A stretch of 64,000 nucleotides of DNA, taken from Andalucia godoyi And28. Its lineage: Eukaryota; Protista; Jakobida. Location: positions 279,550 through 343,549 of the forward strand of contig VRVR01000016.1 in assembly GCA_009859145.1 (NCBI GenBank), written 5' to 3'. Every line of letters starts with the position of its first letter. The stretch's first letter is position 1. Of this stretch, positions 51,625 through 63,303 are shown one piece after another. The notes beneath the pieces are model-generated. The model did no database searches. It had not been told where the DNA came from and worked only from the letters and a program-made list of their open reading frames with translations. The position numbers and the translations under genes are program-made.

Positions 51625-54509
51625 ATGTTTACTGTGTGTTCGATCCGGCAGCCTGAAAAGACGGATTTCGCAGCACCGATCTTAAAGTACTTGAAATCGT
51701 ATTTTGGACCACAGGTAGAACAGAATTTTACGACATGTTTCAACAAGATGTCGGCACAGAGAATCAGCTTGGCTTCGCTTTCTCGGACAGCCCAGTTCGC
51801 AGTATCCTCGTCACCGTACGTCCTCTCTACCTTCTCTTCCTCTCTCTTCCCTCTTCCTTACGTAAGTATGGATGATTCTTACAACCGCTGGATATCTATT
51901 TCTTCTTCTTCTTTCTTCCTTTCCTGTCTGTGGGTGTGGCGTGTAGAGGAGCTATATTCCCGTATGAATCACAGCTGCTGAGTTGCGTAGTGTCGTATTT
52001 GGGGTTCTTGTACTGTGTGAAGCCGCACTTTCCAATCACGTCTACTTCGAGTCTGCTGAAGGTGAAGTATGCGTGGAAGGAAGCGCTGCCGGATGCGGGC
52101 AAAGCGCGTGTCTTTACTGTGAATGATATTTCGTATGAGATTGCGTGTGTCGTGTCGGTCCTGGCAGCCGCGCTCTCGAACTATGCTGCGATGGAGTGTG
52201 CGGACACATGCAAGCTGATCCCGGTGTCTGTGGAAGAGTCCGATCTTGGGAAACTGTCAAGCGACAGCTCGAGCATTGCAGACATCAATGCAGTGCTGGT
52301 TCGCGGTTCGCGGTCGTTTCAGCTGGCAGCGGGACTCTATGAGTATCTTGAAAAATCGGTTGTGCCAAACATCCCGCTGACAGATGCAAGCGGAAACAGA
52401 AACAAGCTTCCTCCAGACTTTTCAAGAGAGGGGCTGCGAGTTCTGCGGCTTACGATGCTGGGCCATGCGCAGCTGTGTGCAGCGCTCAAGGCGTATGCAA
52501 CGACCATTCCCGCGGCTGCTGCAGACAAGTCCATCAAGCCGATGAAAAAGGCCACGATCGCACGGCTCTTTCTCGGCGCAGCGCAGATATACAATGAAGC
52601 GTGGGCGCAGTCTCGCGTTCCGTTTCTGAGCGGGTTGCTGCTGCCAATTAGTGCTCCTGCGCTCGCGGCGTCCGCACGATATGCAATGGTTCGCGGACTT
52701 CTGACGCTTGCGATTGACCCGACCGTTGTTGATATTTTGCACCATGGAAGAAAGGTGACGTTGCTTGCGTCTGCAAGAGACAGGATAGCGGAGGCAAGCG
52801 CGTGTTTCCGCGAAGCCGCTTCCTCTTGCTCGCTTCTTCCTCAAATCGCAGCACTCAGGACGCACGTCGACAGCTTGTATGCCAGGGTCGACGTTGCGTC
52901 CAAACAGGCAGTTTCCGACAATGAAAAGGTGTATCATGACAAGGTCGTTTCCGAGGCCGAGGTGATTTCTCCTTTTGAAGCCTCTGTGTTGGTGAATGCT
53001 GTTTCCGTGCAAGATCCCCTCACAGGAGATGGCTCAGTCTCCCCAAGTGCTGGTAGTGGAAACGGACTCGCAGGAGTCCTCGTCGCGATTGTTGCGCTGC
53101 AGAACGGAGATCCGTTCGCGGGACTTGTTCCTTCGGACGTCCAAAAGGCTGCGGCAGGCCTTGCGCAGTGGATTGACGATGGCATGCGCAAAACAGCCCA
53201 GTATGTGTCGGATCGCCAGGCCACTACACAGATGGCGCTTGCGCCGCTTCCTTTGGCACTGCCGGCGGCGGCTGGTGCTGCTGGTGCTGCAGGCACTTCC
53301 AAGCCAGGCAAGCGGCGGGCCGTGGATATACTCTTTGAGCAGGTGTCTGTGGTTTCCATGGACCTTGGCGACCCTTCTCGTTTGTCTGAACTGCGTGCTA
53401 TGGCGATCGACATGAGGACTGACATAGCCACCTCGCTGGACGCTGTTCGCGATACGCTGAACGCCGAAGAGGAGCAAGACACCGTGTTGCGAACAAGGTA
53501 CGGACGACTGTGGAATCGCACGGCCTCCAAGGACGCCGCGGTGGACATTTGGAAGCGTGTCAAGGATCTCAAGGAACGCATGTGGCAAGCAGAAGCGTCG
53601 GACAAGAAGGTTGGTGACGAAGTACTATCTGTGCTTGGACCGGTTTCTGCGTCTCCGCGTGGAACTTCGAAAATTGCTCCTGCGCAATGGATCACGGCTG
53701 CTTCGAACCTTTCCGACTTTGAGGAGCTGTTCAAGACCGCCGTTCTTGGTGGGGCTGGAGCGGGCGCTGGGCCAGCATCGATGGCCGGCGTTGATTCGAC
53801 GTTTACCGAAGACGAGTCGAGTGCGTTTGCAAAGATTGCGGCGCCGTTCCTGGAGGCGCTGGAAAGGGTTCTGACGGAACGTAGCGCCTTGTCCAACCAG
53901 CTGGCAGAATACCGGGATGCAGCAGTCACTTCGGTGCTGCACACACTCATTCCACTCCACGGCCAAGGGCAGAAGCTTCAGGGAGCAGTCAACGAATACT
54001 TTACGAATAATGTGACTCCTGTACTGAAGTCGGTTCAAGAATCGCTGGCTGCGGAAGACAAGATTGTCGCAGATCTGAAGGCGAAGTACACGGAGTTTTC
54101 ACGTTCCCCGACTGTGGCGCGAGTTGAAGCAGTGTCACACGAGGTTACAAATGCGGTTGCAGCGTATACCGCGGCTGTGCGCCATGTCCAAGAGGGCATT
54201 GAGTTCTACACAAGTGTCCAGGACGCTGCACGCTACACCAGGCGCCAAGCTGATGACTTTGTGGCCGCTCGTTCCGTTGAGAAGGAACAGTTTGAGGCTG
54301 CATTTGCCAATCATCCACAGGGTCCCGGGCAACCGATGACGGGCGCTCTTGTACCACCTCCAGCTCCTGCCTATGCGCAGCCGATGTATGCGCAGCCCGT
54401 GAATCCGTATTCTGCACCTTCGCAGCCCCTTGCGTATAGTGGAGCAGCTTATGGCTCCCCCTACGCATACCAGCTTCCACCACAGCCCGCAGTTCCCCGT
54501 CGCCCGTGA
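51625..54509 (+). CDS. BRO1/ALIX family ESCRT-associated protein, 2 exons (51625-51815, 51947-54509)
   Basis: DFAAPILKYLKSYFG; SYLGFL...HFP...YAWKEA; ISYEIACVV; AAGLYEYL; DNEKVYHDKV; V-domain GIEFY; Pro/Tyr-rich tail. Confidence 0.85.
51816..51946 (+). other. Spliceosomal intron (131 nt)
   Basis: GTACGT...GTGTAG, phase 2; joins SSSP to GAIFPYE in frame. Confidence 0.75.
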
Positions 54510-54875
54510 TGATCCATCTTCGTTGCTACTTCACTGCTTCTTTTTTTTCCTCCCATCCTTCTTCTTCTCTTCCTCCTTTTCTAACGGGGCGGGCTCTTTT
54601 TTGAACGTCGTAAACGCACATGGCTTTTCTTACCAGGGTTTCTTTGTTGACAGGTCAGACGTGTCTCTTGTGCAAATGCATGCGGATTCGTGGGGAGGAT
54701 GAAATACGCCACACAACCTCGCGAGTGCTTCAAGTGTTCTGCAACTTCACTTGAACTGCGGAAAGAATACAATTACAGGAAAGCGACCAGGAAACGATGC
54801 GCTGTTCTTTTGAATGCAGTCCACAGCATGCGTCTCTCTGCTTTCGTGTGTCTTCTGAAGTTTAATCCTGCTCAT

Positions 54876-54921
<46 letters not shown>

Positions 54922-54953
54922 ACCTCGAGAAGAAGAATAGTACAGTTCGAGGC

Positions 54954-55667
54954 ATGCTACCAGCACTGAAACTACTGCGCGTCATCGAATCAAGACCGAT
55001 TCTTCCCAATCGGTTCTTTGCGACGACCGCCTCGAGCACGTCAGTGCCCAACTCTGGAGGAGGGGGAGGACCGGCCTTTGAGCCTCTTGACCTCAGCGGC
55101 AACACTAATGGTCCAGCAAAGGGTTATTCAACCACGCGAGGATTCAAAAAGTTCGAGCCAGCCTCGGACATGCCGACAGGAACGGCAAGCACGGGCGGGC
55201 AGCACTCTTCAGACGAGTATTTGAAGAGGCGATACACGCCTGCATCGACAGATGCCGGGAAGGATGCGTTTGATGAGCCCGGTTCCGTCGAAGAAGCATG
55301 GAATAATGCGAAGCATGGAATGAGTCAGCGCGAGAAAGGAAACTACGTGTACGACAATCCTTATCAGGACACTGCATCACTGGCCAGTGCGAATCGCGAG
55401 AAGGGTGGAACGCAGAGCCAGGACTTTGCGGATCGTGGCATCCAAGAAGCCGAGGACTACCGCGATGGCCCGACGGACCCGAGTCTCAATCCAGCCGCAA
55501 AGTACGCACAGACGCACGATCGCGTGAAGGCGCAGCAGTCCATTTCGAAGGGAGAAGAGAGTTTCTACAAGGCAGAAGACTTCCCTCCTATTCCCAAGCA
55601 CTCTGCAAGCTATGACCATCGATCGCTGTGGGACAAGATCAAGGACGCCGTTCGTCCTTCTGCCTAA
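54954..55667 (+). CDS. Hydrophilic hypothetical protein with mitochondrial-type presequence
   Basis: ATG at 54954 gives MLPALKLLRVIESRPILPNRFFATT followed by G/D/E/S-rich sequence; no family recognised. Confidence 0.6.
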   Translation: MLPALKLLRVIESRPILPNRFFATTASSTSVPNSGGGGGPAFEPLDLSGNTNGPAKGYSTTRGFKKFEPASDMPTGTASTGGQHSSDEYLKRRYTPASTDAGKDAFDEPGSVEEAWNNAKHGMSQREKGNYVYDNPYQDTASLASANREKGGTQSQDFADRGIQEAEDYRDGPTDPSLNPAAKYAQTHDRVKAQQSISKGEESFYKAEDFPPIPKHSASYDHRSLWDKIKDAVRPSA

Positions 55668-55822
55668 TTTAAAAAGCCCGTGCTGCAAATAACGAAAGAC
55701 ACGCTCCTCCCCCCCCCCCCCAAAAAAAAAAAAGAAAAAAAGAAAAAAGAGTAGCTTGCTGTTAATCTTTTTTAATTACAGTGATAATACAAGAAGAGCA
55801 CAGTGTGCCGAAGTTTAGCTAA

Positions 55823-56137
55823 CTACGAGTTTTCCTTTTCCGCAGCAACAGCAGCGCGGACAACAGCAACAGGCAATGGCGATTGCATCTTCAACGCAGC
55901 GCTGTTAATGCTAGTCGTGGTGTTGTTGGCGGCAACTGGAGTGTTTGTGTCTCTCGGCTTGAGCACTCTGCTCTGCTTTGAAGTAGGGGAAGCGAACTGC
56001 AGGACACTTGGCTTAATCGAGCCTTGTGGCTCACTGTTCAATTTAAAGTACTTTCGTGCCTTCAGTCGCATTGAAACGGGCGACGGTGCATCCGTAGGTG
56101 ACGCAAACTTTGCATGATTTCTCTGCTGACTTGCCAT
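55823..56137 (-). CDS. Small basic protein with Spo12-like motif
   Basis: KFASPTDAPSPVSMRLKARK resembles the recalled Spo12 motif FASPTD.hhSPCS.KL; second FASPT and C-terminal KEN. Confidence 0.5.
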   Translation of the reverse strand: MASQQRNHAKFASPTDAPSPVSMRLKARKYFKLNSEPQGSIKPSVLQFASPTSKQSRVLKPRDTNTPVAANNTTTSINSAALKMQSPLPVAVVRAAVAAEKENS

Positions 56138-56558
56138 GTTGTCCTCTTCGTCCTTTCGAAATGGGAATATCCTAAGAAAAGCAACTCACACGCTTACTCT
56201 CGCACACACACTCTCTCTCACACACACACACACTCTCTCGCACACACACTCTCTCTTGGTGCTATTGCTCGAAATAATGATCGTGACGACTTCCACATGT
56301 GAATAAGGAGAACGTCGGGGATTTTCTTAACGGCTCTCCGGCGATGTTTGCAGGATACGCAATGCACGGTAAGATCCCAACCGTCCGGGTTTTACCCCTC
56401 TCTCTCTCTCTCTCTCTCAGAAAACGAAAAAGGCTTTGTTGGGTTTTTTTTCATCAGCGTGATGGATTCACTTTCCCTTGCTTTTCCATTTTTCAAAAGA
56501 TACTTTTAATATTTTTTTTCCCTTTTAGGAAAACAGAGATCAGAAGAAGACGACGACG

Positions 56559-57131
56559 ATGATTGAGATCGACACTTCTGTGCAGTTGGAGTACACGCTT
56601 GGGATATTCAAGCCGGATGTGCAGGACCGTGTTGGGGAGTTGATGCAAGCGACGACGGATGCAGGGTTTCGGATTTTGGCATCAAGCACACTGAAGATGA
56701 GTGAGCATCAAGCGGCGCAGTTCTACCGTGAGCACTACGGCAAGCCGTTCTACGACGGGTTGATTGCATTTATGACCTCGGGGCCGTCGACAGTGGTGGC
56801 GCTGTCGAAGCCTCAGGCGGTTTCCGAATGGCGGACATTCCTTACGACGGTGCTCAGACCGAAGTTCGGGACGAATGCGACACAGAATGCAGTGCATGGG
56901 TCTGACTCCGCCGCAGCAGCCAAGCGCGAAATCAACTTTTTCTTCCCGAATCTCGTCGTGCCCGCGTTCCCGGGCGAAGCGCCTTTGGAAAAGTATGTAC
57001 AGCAGGCTGTCGGCCCAGTCCTGACGAAGGCACTTGCAGAGCTGGCGCGTGTCCAACCGGCAGATCCCTGCAGATGGCTCGGGACTTGGCTCCTGGAAAA
57101 CAATCCAAACAAACCAAAACAAGAACCCTGA
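56559..57131 (+). CDS. NME5: Nucleoside diphosphate kinase homolog 5 with DPY-30 domain (radial spoke RSP23-like)
   Basis: YTLGIFKPD, FYREHYGKPFYDGLIAFMTSGP, NAVHGSDS...REINFFF; DPY-30: YVQQAVGPVLTKALAELARVQPADPCRWLGTWLLENNPNKP. Confidence 0.85.
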   Translation: MIEIDTSVQLEYTLGIFKPDVQDRVGELMQATTDAGFRILASSTLKMSEHQAAQFYREHYGKPFYDGLIAFMTSGPSTVVALSKPQAVSEWRTFLTTVLRPKFGTNATQNAVHGSDSAAAAKREINFFFPNLVVPAFPGEAPLEKYVQQAVGPVLTKALAELARVQPADPCRWLGTWLLENNPNKPKQEP

Positions 57132-57297
57132 ACACAATAGTGTTAAAAAAATAAATAAATAATTAAAGACATTGAAAGTGCATTCTTCGTTTTCCCTTTC
57201 GTTTCTTTGTCCTTTCATTATTCGTAAACGTAACATACTGCAAACGGCAGACGGCAGGGAAAAAGAAAAAGAAAAAAACGGCAGAGAGACTAGGATT

Positions 57298-57639
57298 TTA
57301 TTCCGGATGGTCGAGAACGATGATTTTGCGGCCTCGTAACATCACTGTGTGAGTCTTTGCAACCCGCGGCGGAATAGGGAACACTTGCTCAAGATCATCG
57401 TCTCGGAATCGCACGGACTTGTTGTTTCCCGGTGACGATGACGATGCGCTGCTCTTCTCCTTCTTCGCCTCCTCTTTTTTCGCAGCTACTCGTTTCTTCG
57501 CCACTTTTTGTACTTTTGCACGCGATCTCTCTTCTTCTTCCACTTCCACTTCCTCTTCCTGATGTTGTGGTTGCTCTAGTTCGACCTCTGCGGGACGTTT
57601 TCTGGTGCTGCTCTTCTTTTGATCAGCTGTCTTTCTCTT

Positions 57640-57672
<33 letters not shown>

Positions 57673-58047
57673 TGACGATGATGATGAAGACGAAGACGAA
57701 GAGGACTTCTTCGACGCGATTTTCACTTGTTTTTCGTATTCTGTCCTCGGGAGAACGGGAATTCGGACGACAAGCATAGCCTTTGCCTCGTCAAACTGGG
57801 CCTCCAGATCCTTGCAGGCGTCTAATCGGACGACGAACTGCTCTGGAAGCGATTTTGACCAGAAGTACGGCCGGCGACTGAAGTCCTTGGAGTGCACCGT
57901 GACGGACGTCAGCGTTGGGTCGACCTTGATCATGTGCGCAGGGACATTCGGGAGATGAGCCTTGACAAGCGCATGCGTCTCGGACTTGTTGATCTTGAAA
58001 AATACGCTCGGTGTAATGATGTGCTCCGACACCGATGGCTGAGTCAT
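57298..58047 (-). CDS. Hypothetical protein with HSP20/CS-like beta-sandwich and basic low-complexity tail
   Basis: ATG at 58047; alternating beta pattern ending AQFDEAKAMLVVRIPV; K/E/S-rich tail. Confidence 0.55.
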
Positions 58048-58704
58048 CTGATTCTCCTTCTGATTCTTTTCCGTTTCCGTTTCCGTTTCCTTTCTTCTTA
58101 TTCTTCTTATTCTTCTTATTCTCGAGGCTGTTCTTGTCGATTCTCGAGCACAACGAAAATAAACAGCATAATAAAAAAATAGTAATAACAAAAAGAATAG
58201 CAAAAGAATAGGCAAATGAAAGTCGGACGAAATGACGTATTATTTTTTCGCCGCAACAGAATGGGCGAAAAATCCCGGAGTTTACGGCAGGTTGTCCGCT
58301 TGATGCCGGAGTGTTGCATCACGCTGATACAGTAAACGTGCTTGTTATTTTACAACAGGCGTTGTCTCCGCAGAGGTTTTTTTTTTGCCTGTACGGCCGC
58401 GCATCACAGCCAGTCAGACATGTCTGCGGGTTGCCGACAGCAACGTTTCGGCGTCGATGAAGCCGATGGACATTGGACGCCACAACGGAGGAGCAAAAGC
58501 ACCCCTCATCAGACCAAAAGCCAAAAACCAAAACAAACACGCAAAACAAAAAAGAAAAAGAAAAAGAAAAAAATCGAACGAACAGAATCCGATGTTACCC
58601 CACCACCGCTGGCTGTTTTCCAAATTTTGAAATAGACGGTGTATCAGTCAGAAAAAAGAGGGGAAGTACGGGGAGGGTTACGTTGCCCAAGTCCATGATT
58701 CAAC

Positions 58705-61700
58705 ATGCGTGTTCGTCGACTGCCACATGAGCCGTGTTTCTCACTACTGCTGCTGGTGCTTGTTCTGGTTGGACGAGGAGGCTGTCTGCGGGGAGTGGAG
58801 GGGCGTGCGGCCGCGGGGAGTACTGAATGGAGGAACCGACTTCCAGAAGTGCTGGCGTCGAATTCGTCCTCTAGCTTAAATGCGTTTTATCTGAACCAGT
58901 CGAGTGCAGTTGCGGCATCTGGACTGAACACGCCGTTGAAGGTAAGCACGGCATGGTTCTCGGCGCGGATTCCGGACTTTGAGTGGGCCGTTTCGATGTC
59001 GAACGACGGGCTTGTCATGGCGGTTGGGGCACCTGGAGTCCCCTCGTTCTCGCAAGGACAGCTGGAATCGTACGGATCCGTGTTCGTGTACTACCGGACC
59101 TCGCTTGCGACAAAGGACTGGACGCTGGCGTCGAGAGTCACGTTGCCGGCTGCACCATACCCAAACGAACTGTACCTGGAATCGGATTTTGGATATTCGG
59201 TGGCGGTTTCTGATAACGGCACGTACATCTTCGTAGCAGAGCCGCAGTACATGGCGACGTCGAAAAACAACAACCAGATGCATTACCTTGTTCGGAAGCT
59301 CACTGCTTCGAATTCCTCCACGTGGATATATGGAGGCAAGATTCCGTGCGTGGTGGATTGCCAGAATGAGCAGCTGGGTGCGGGTGGGATATCACTTGCG
59401 CTCTCCGATCGTGCCGTGTTTGTAGGGGCGCCGTATGAACCGTATTCGCAGTCCGGGGGGCGCATTCACACGTTCTATGCAAGTTCCGGGCCGTCGGGCA
59501 CGCTTTACTTTTCGGAATTTTCCGCAATGAAGCTCGCTTCACCCGATAGTCAAAGTGGCCAGAGGTTCGGAGCGTCGATTACCGCGATGCTGGACGGATC
59601 GTTCGTTGCAGGGTCGGCAACCATGACAAACAAGATTTTCATCTTTCGAGCGTTCACGTCTCCCTCGACATATTCACCTTTGAAAGTGCAGTCGATCTCC
59701 TTGTCGGATTTTTCTGTGCAGGTTTCACCGACGACCTCGGCAATTGCCTTTGATCGAACCCGGAAGAACCTCCTGTATGTCGGCACGACGAGCAACAAGA
59801 TCCTAGTCTTCGGAGGCCCCGTTGATTTTTCGTCGTCTTGGACGCTTGTGGACACCATTGATCCGACAACCGCAACGGGGGGTCCGTATACCGAGTGCTC
59901 AGGAATGTTTGGAAGATCGATGTCGCTGTCCTTGGACGGAAACACCATGGTGGTCGGCGCAAGATCATCTCGCTCATTGCAGGGAAGTGCCTGTGTCTTA
60001 GCACGGTCGACAACTTCCTCAAAATGGATTTTCATGTCATTTTATGCAGGCGACTCATCTTCATCCTTGTCTTTTGGAAGAAATGTATACATAAGTGCCC
60101 AGGGCACGTCCGCGGTGATGAACGGCGCTGTTTCTGGAATGTTTACGCTGTTTGATTCCGGACTTTGCGCAGGTGGGTATGAGCCAGCAAGCAGTGGGTC
60201 CGTAGGCTGCAGGAAGTGCGGTGCTGGCACGTACTCTGAATTCGGAATTGTCTGTGTTTCGTGCAAAACGGGGACGGCCAGCACTGCCATCGGATCAGCC
60301 TCGCCTGATGTGTGCCAGCCATGCGGTGTTGGAGAGTATGCCGCGAACGGTGGGTCAGCTTGCCTAAAGTGTGAAGCAGGACAGTACAACGATGCCACAC
60401 AGCAGTCTTCTTGCAAACAGTGCCCGCCCGGCGAGTTCATCGAGAGTACGGGATCTGCATTTTGCACACCGTGTGTGCAGGGGTTTTACCAGGATCGCAG
60501 CGGCCAGACGGCCTGCAAGTCCTGCGGGCCCGGTGCAACGACTGCGTCTTCCGGAAGCTCTGCCATTGCCTTTTGCCGATCCCAGCCAGGCTTCTATTGG
60601 GACGAAGTGTCGGCAACTGCAATTCCCTGTTCTCCTCGCGATGCGTGTGCTGGCGGTGTCGGCGACGATTCCTGTGCGAATGGCTATACTGGTCGCTTGT
60701 GTTCGCTGTGTCAACTCGGTTTCTACCGAGATCAGACTGGACGATGTTTCGGCTGTCCTTCATTCCCAATCACGGAGCTGCTAGTTGTGTGCTCCATCAT
60801 TGGTATCCTTGTTTTGATTTGCATTTACTACCCCGTTCGCGTGTTTTTGCAGTGCATCGTATCTGCCCTGGCCCCTGTTATCAACTTTTTCCAGCTAATG
60901 GCGATCATTTCTTCGGTGCGGGTTGGCTATGGCTCCTCAACGAATGCTCTCTTTCAGGTGGCAGATGTGGCCATGTTGAAGGTCTCGTTTCTGAAGCCGG
61001 AGTGCATGACTTCGAACATGACCGTTGTTCAACAGTGGCTCATGTCATTTTTCCCTGTCGTGTTCCTTCTGTTGATTCTCTGTGTCTTGTATCTCGTGTT
61101 TACTCCCTTTGTGCAGCGAATGCTCTTTGGGAGAGAGAAGTTTCTGGCGCGCGAAGAGGCCGTTCATAGGTCTCGATGGTCCGTAACCGGAATGATGGTT
61201 TCGCTGATGTCGGTGTTCTTCTTACCCTTGCTGCGGCTCACGGTTCTTGCCTGGGATTGCTCCAAAGTTGGGGATACGTATGTGCTGGATGCCCAGCCGG
61301 ATATCTTGTGCTATGATTTCAACTCGTCCTCCACTTGGTTCTTGCTGATGATCCTGGGCTGCTTGTCTGGCCTACTGCTCTTTGTATCGTGGTTTGCAAT
61401 TAGCTATCGAATCATATCTTCTGCTCGACGGTGTCGATTGGATGTTGTCGATCCTCTCGATGACTGGAATTTGGATTCCGAGCGTTTCCGAACTGTCTTT
61501 GGTGCAGTCACGCAGGACTTCCGATCTACGTCCACCCTCACGATTTGCTGGGGAGTCGTGTTTCAGAAGATGTGTGATGCGTGCGTTCTGTTCGTTCAGG
61601 TCTTTCAGTCCGATTCTCCTCTGATGCAGTGTTTGTGCATCATTATGGTTCTCGAGCTCTATGTCGTTCCTTTTGTGTTCTGTCGACCATGCAAGCACAA

Positions 61701-63096
61701 GGAAACGGCGAATGCGACTGGCATTCTTATGTTTTGTCTTCAGCTACTCATCTTTTTCGGACTCGCGAATGCATTTCTCGGAGTCATCAAAGCGGTCGAT
61801 GAAAACAGCGGTCCGGATCTCAATGCAGCATACATTCCAGTTGCATTCTGGTTCTTCTTGGTGGTCTTTTGCTTTTGTCTCATCGGTCTTTCATGCCTCA
61901 TCCTCGTTGTTCCACTCAGTGCACAGTACGAACTGCAAATTGTGCTCAATCATTCGCTCTGCACCTTGACCGCCGACACAGAAGTGGAAAAGAAGGACGG
62001 GTTCATGCAAAGATATCGGCAGCTGGAAGGGTTCTTCTTGTGGAGATTGCTGCAGCATCTGTTGGGCTGGCTGTCTCGTATTTGTTTCCAGTTTGCAAGT
62101 TCTGCGAGCAATGCAAGCACGTCCGAGGATGCACTAGGCGGCGCGCGGGCTGCTGTCAAGGACTCTGTGTCCGAGGATGATTGGAAGCGCTACTGCAGTC
62201 TGCACGACCATTCTCATGGACTTGGTGGGTCTCGCGCGACCAGCGGCCCTTCCGCCAAGAGACTTGTTGGTTTCCTCGTTGTACATCCACCGCTGGGCAA
62301 GTCGTTCCGAATGCTTTTCCAGAACCTTGTCGATTCGCAGTACTTTTGGCCAACCTTGTACTCGTCGGACGTCTCGTCCACTGCATCCATGCAAGCGAAT
62401 GTTGTTGTTCAGATCTTTGAACTCATCACCATGGGTGTAGACTTTGTTTCCCAGATGGACCATCTTGCAGATCGATTCCGTGCCGATTTTGCTTCCGTCG
62501 GGTTTTCTCTGCCAACCTCTCAGCAGCGCTTTGGCACAGGCCACATTTGGTTCTACCATATGATGGCGTCTCAGCGGACCCTTTCTCGCGAAGAGTTTTC
62601 TTCCTCGGCGCTGGAAGCTGCCAAGTTAAGAATGTACATTTCGTTCCTCCAGATGTGCGAGCTGATCCGCCAGAAGCCTCGACTGGTCCGGTGCTTTCTT
62701 GAATTCCTGGAGGCCAATCCGACCTTTACGGCCTTGGATGGAGCCCCGCGGATTCCGAGAAAGAACACAGTTACTGTCGTCCAATCCGCCGCGGGCAGGT
62801 CTGCTGCATCTGCTGCAAAGCCGTTGTCTGCGTCCATGTCCATCACCAGTCCTAGTGCCAGCCAGTCAAAGACTGCGCCGACAACGAAGCCTTCACACGG
62901 TGCCTCGTCGAAACCGCCGATTCTCACCCCATCGACCCCATCGGCCTCCATTTCCTCGTCGTTTTCATCAAGTGCCAATCTCCTCAGTCCACGTTCTCCA
63001 GCACCACTGTCGCCAGCGACTCCTGTGAAACCTCGATCCGCAGCAGCCACCGCCTCCCCGTCGTCATCAAAAGGAAGACTTCCCGATGCCATCTAG
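58705..63096 (+). CDS. Cell-surface protein: signal peptide, FG-GAP-like propeller, Cys-rich GCC2/GCC3-type repeats, multi-pass TM domain, S/P-rich tail
   Basis: FGYSVAVS, RFGASI, FGRSMSLS, FGRNVYIS; CxxCxAGxY repeats; CANGYTGRLCSLCQLGFY; about 9 hydrophobic helices with DAQPDILCY. Confidence 0.85.
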   Translation: MRVRRLPHEPCFSLLLLVLVLVGRGGCLRGVEGRAAAGSTEWRNRLPEVLASNSSSSLNAFYLNQSSAVAASGLNTPLKVSTAWFSARIPDFEWAVSMSNDGLVMAVGAPGVPSFSQGQLESYGSVFVYYRTSLATKDWTLASRVTLPAAPYPNELYLESDFGYSVAVSDNGTYIFVAEPQYMATSKNNNQMHYLVRKLTASNSSTWIYGGKIPCVVDCQNEQLGAGGISLALSDRAVFVGAPYEPYSQSGGRIHTFYASSGPSGTLYFSEFSAMKLASPDSQSGQRFGASITAMLDGSFVAGSATMTNKIFIFRAFTSPSTYSPLKVQSISLSDFSVQVSPTTSAIAFDRTRKNLLYVGTTSNKILVFGGPVDFSSSWTLVDTIDPTTATGGPYTECSGMFGRSMSLSLDGNTMVVGARSSRSLQGSACVLARSTTSSKWIFMSFYAGDSSSSLSFGRNVYISAQGTSAVMNGAVSGMFTLFDSGLCAGGYEPASSGSVGCRKCGAGTYSEFGIVCVSCKTGTASTAIGSASPDVCQPCGVGEYAANGGSACLKCEAGQYNDATQQSSCKQCPPGEFIESTGSAFCTPCVQGFYQDRSGQTACKSCGPGATTASSGSSAIAFCRSQPGFYWDEVSATAIPCSPRDACAGGVGDDSCANGYTGRLCSLCQLGFYRDQTGRCFGCPSFPITELLVVCSIIGILVLICIYYPVRVFLQCIVSALAPVINFFQLMAIISSVRVGYGSSTNALFQVADVAMLKVSFLKPECMTSNMTVVQQWLMSFFPVVFLLLILCVLYLVFTPFVQRMLFGREKFLAREEAVHRSRWSVTGMMVSLMSVFFLPLLRLTVLAWDCSKVGDTYVLDAQPDILCYDFNSSSTWFLLMILGCLSGLLLFVSWFAISYRIISSARRCRLDVVDPLDDWNLDSERFRTVFGAVTQDFRSTSTLTICWGVVFQKMCDACVLFVQVFQSDSPLMQCLCIIMVLELYVVPFVFCRPCKHKETANATGILMFCLQLLIFFGLANAFLGVIKAVDENSGPDLNAAYIPVAFWFFLVVFCFCLIGLSCLILVVPLSAQYELQIVLNHSLCTLTADTEVEKKDGFMQRYRQLEGFFLWRLLQHLLGWLSRICFQFASSASNASTSEDALGGARAAVKDSVSEDDWKRYCSLHDHSHGLGGSRATSGPSAKRLVGFLVVHPPLGKSFRMLFQNLVDSQYFWPTLYSSDVSSTASMQANVVVQIFELITMGVDFVSQMDHLADRFRADFASVGFSLPTSQQRFGTGHIWFYHMMASQRTLSREEFSSSALEAAKLRMYISFLQMCELIRQKPRLVRCFLEFLEANPTFTALDGAPRIPRKNTVTVVQSAAGRSAASAAKPLSASMSITSPSASQSKTAPTTKPSHGASSKPPILTPSTPSASISSSFSSSANLLSPRSPAPLSPATPVKPRSAAATASPSSSKGRLPDAI

Positions 63097-63303
63097 CCTC
63101 TGTGTACAGTTTATGTATCTGTGCATACGATTTTTGCGCCGTGTAAGCAGCATGTCTCATTGTTTCATTCTCACATTAAATGCAATTCCTAATTGTGTAT
63201 ATATATATATGTATGTATGTGTGTGTGTGTGTGTATGTGTGTATGCGCGCGCACCATCGCCTACATTATACGCTGAACATGCAAACACTTTGCTTCCGCC
63301 GCT

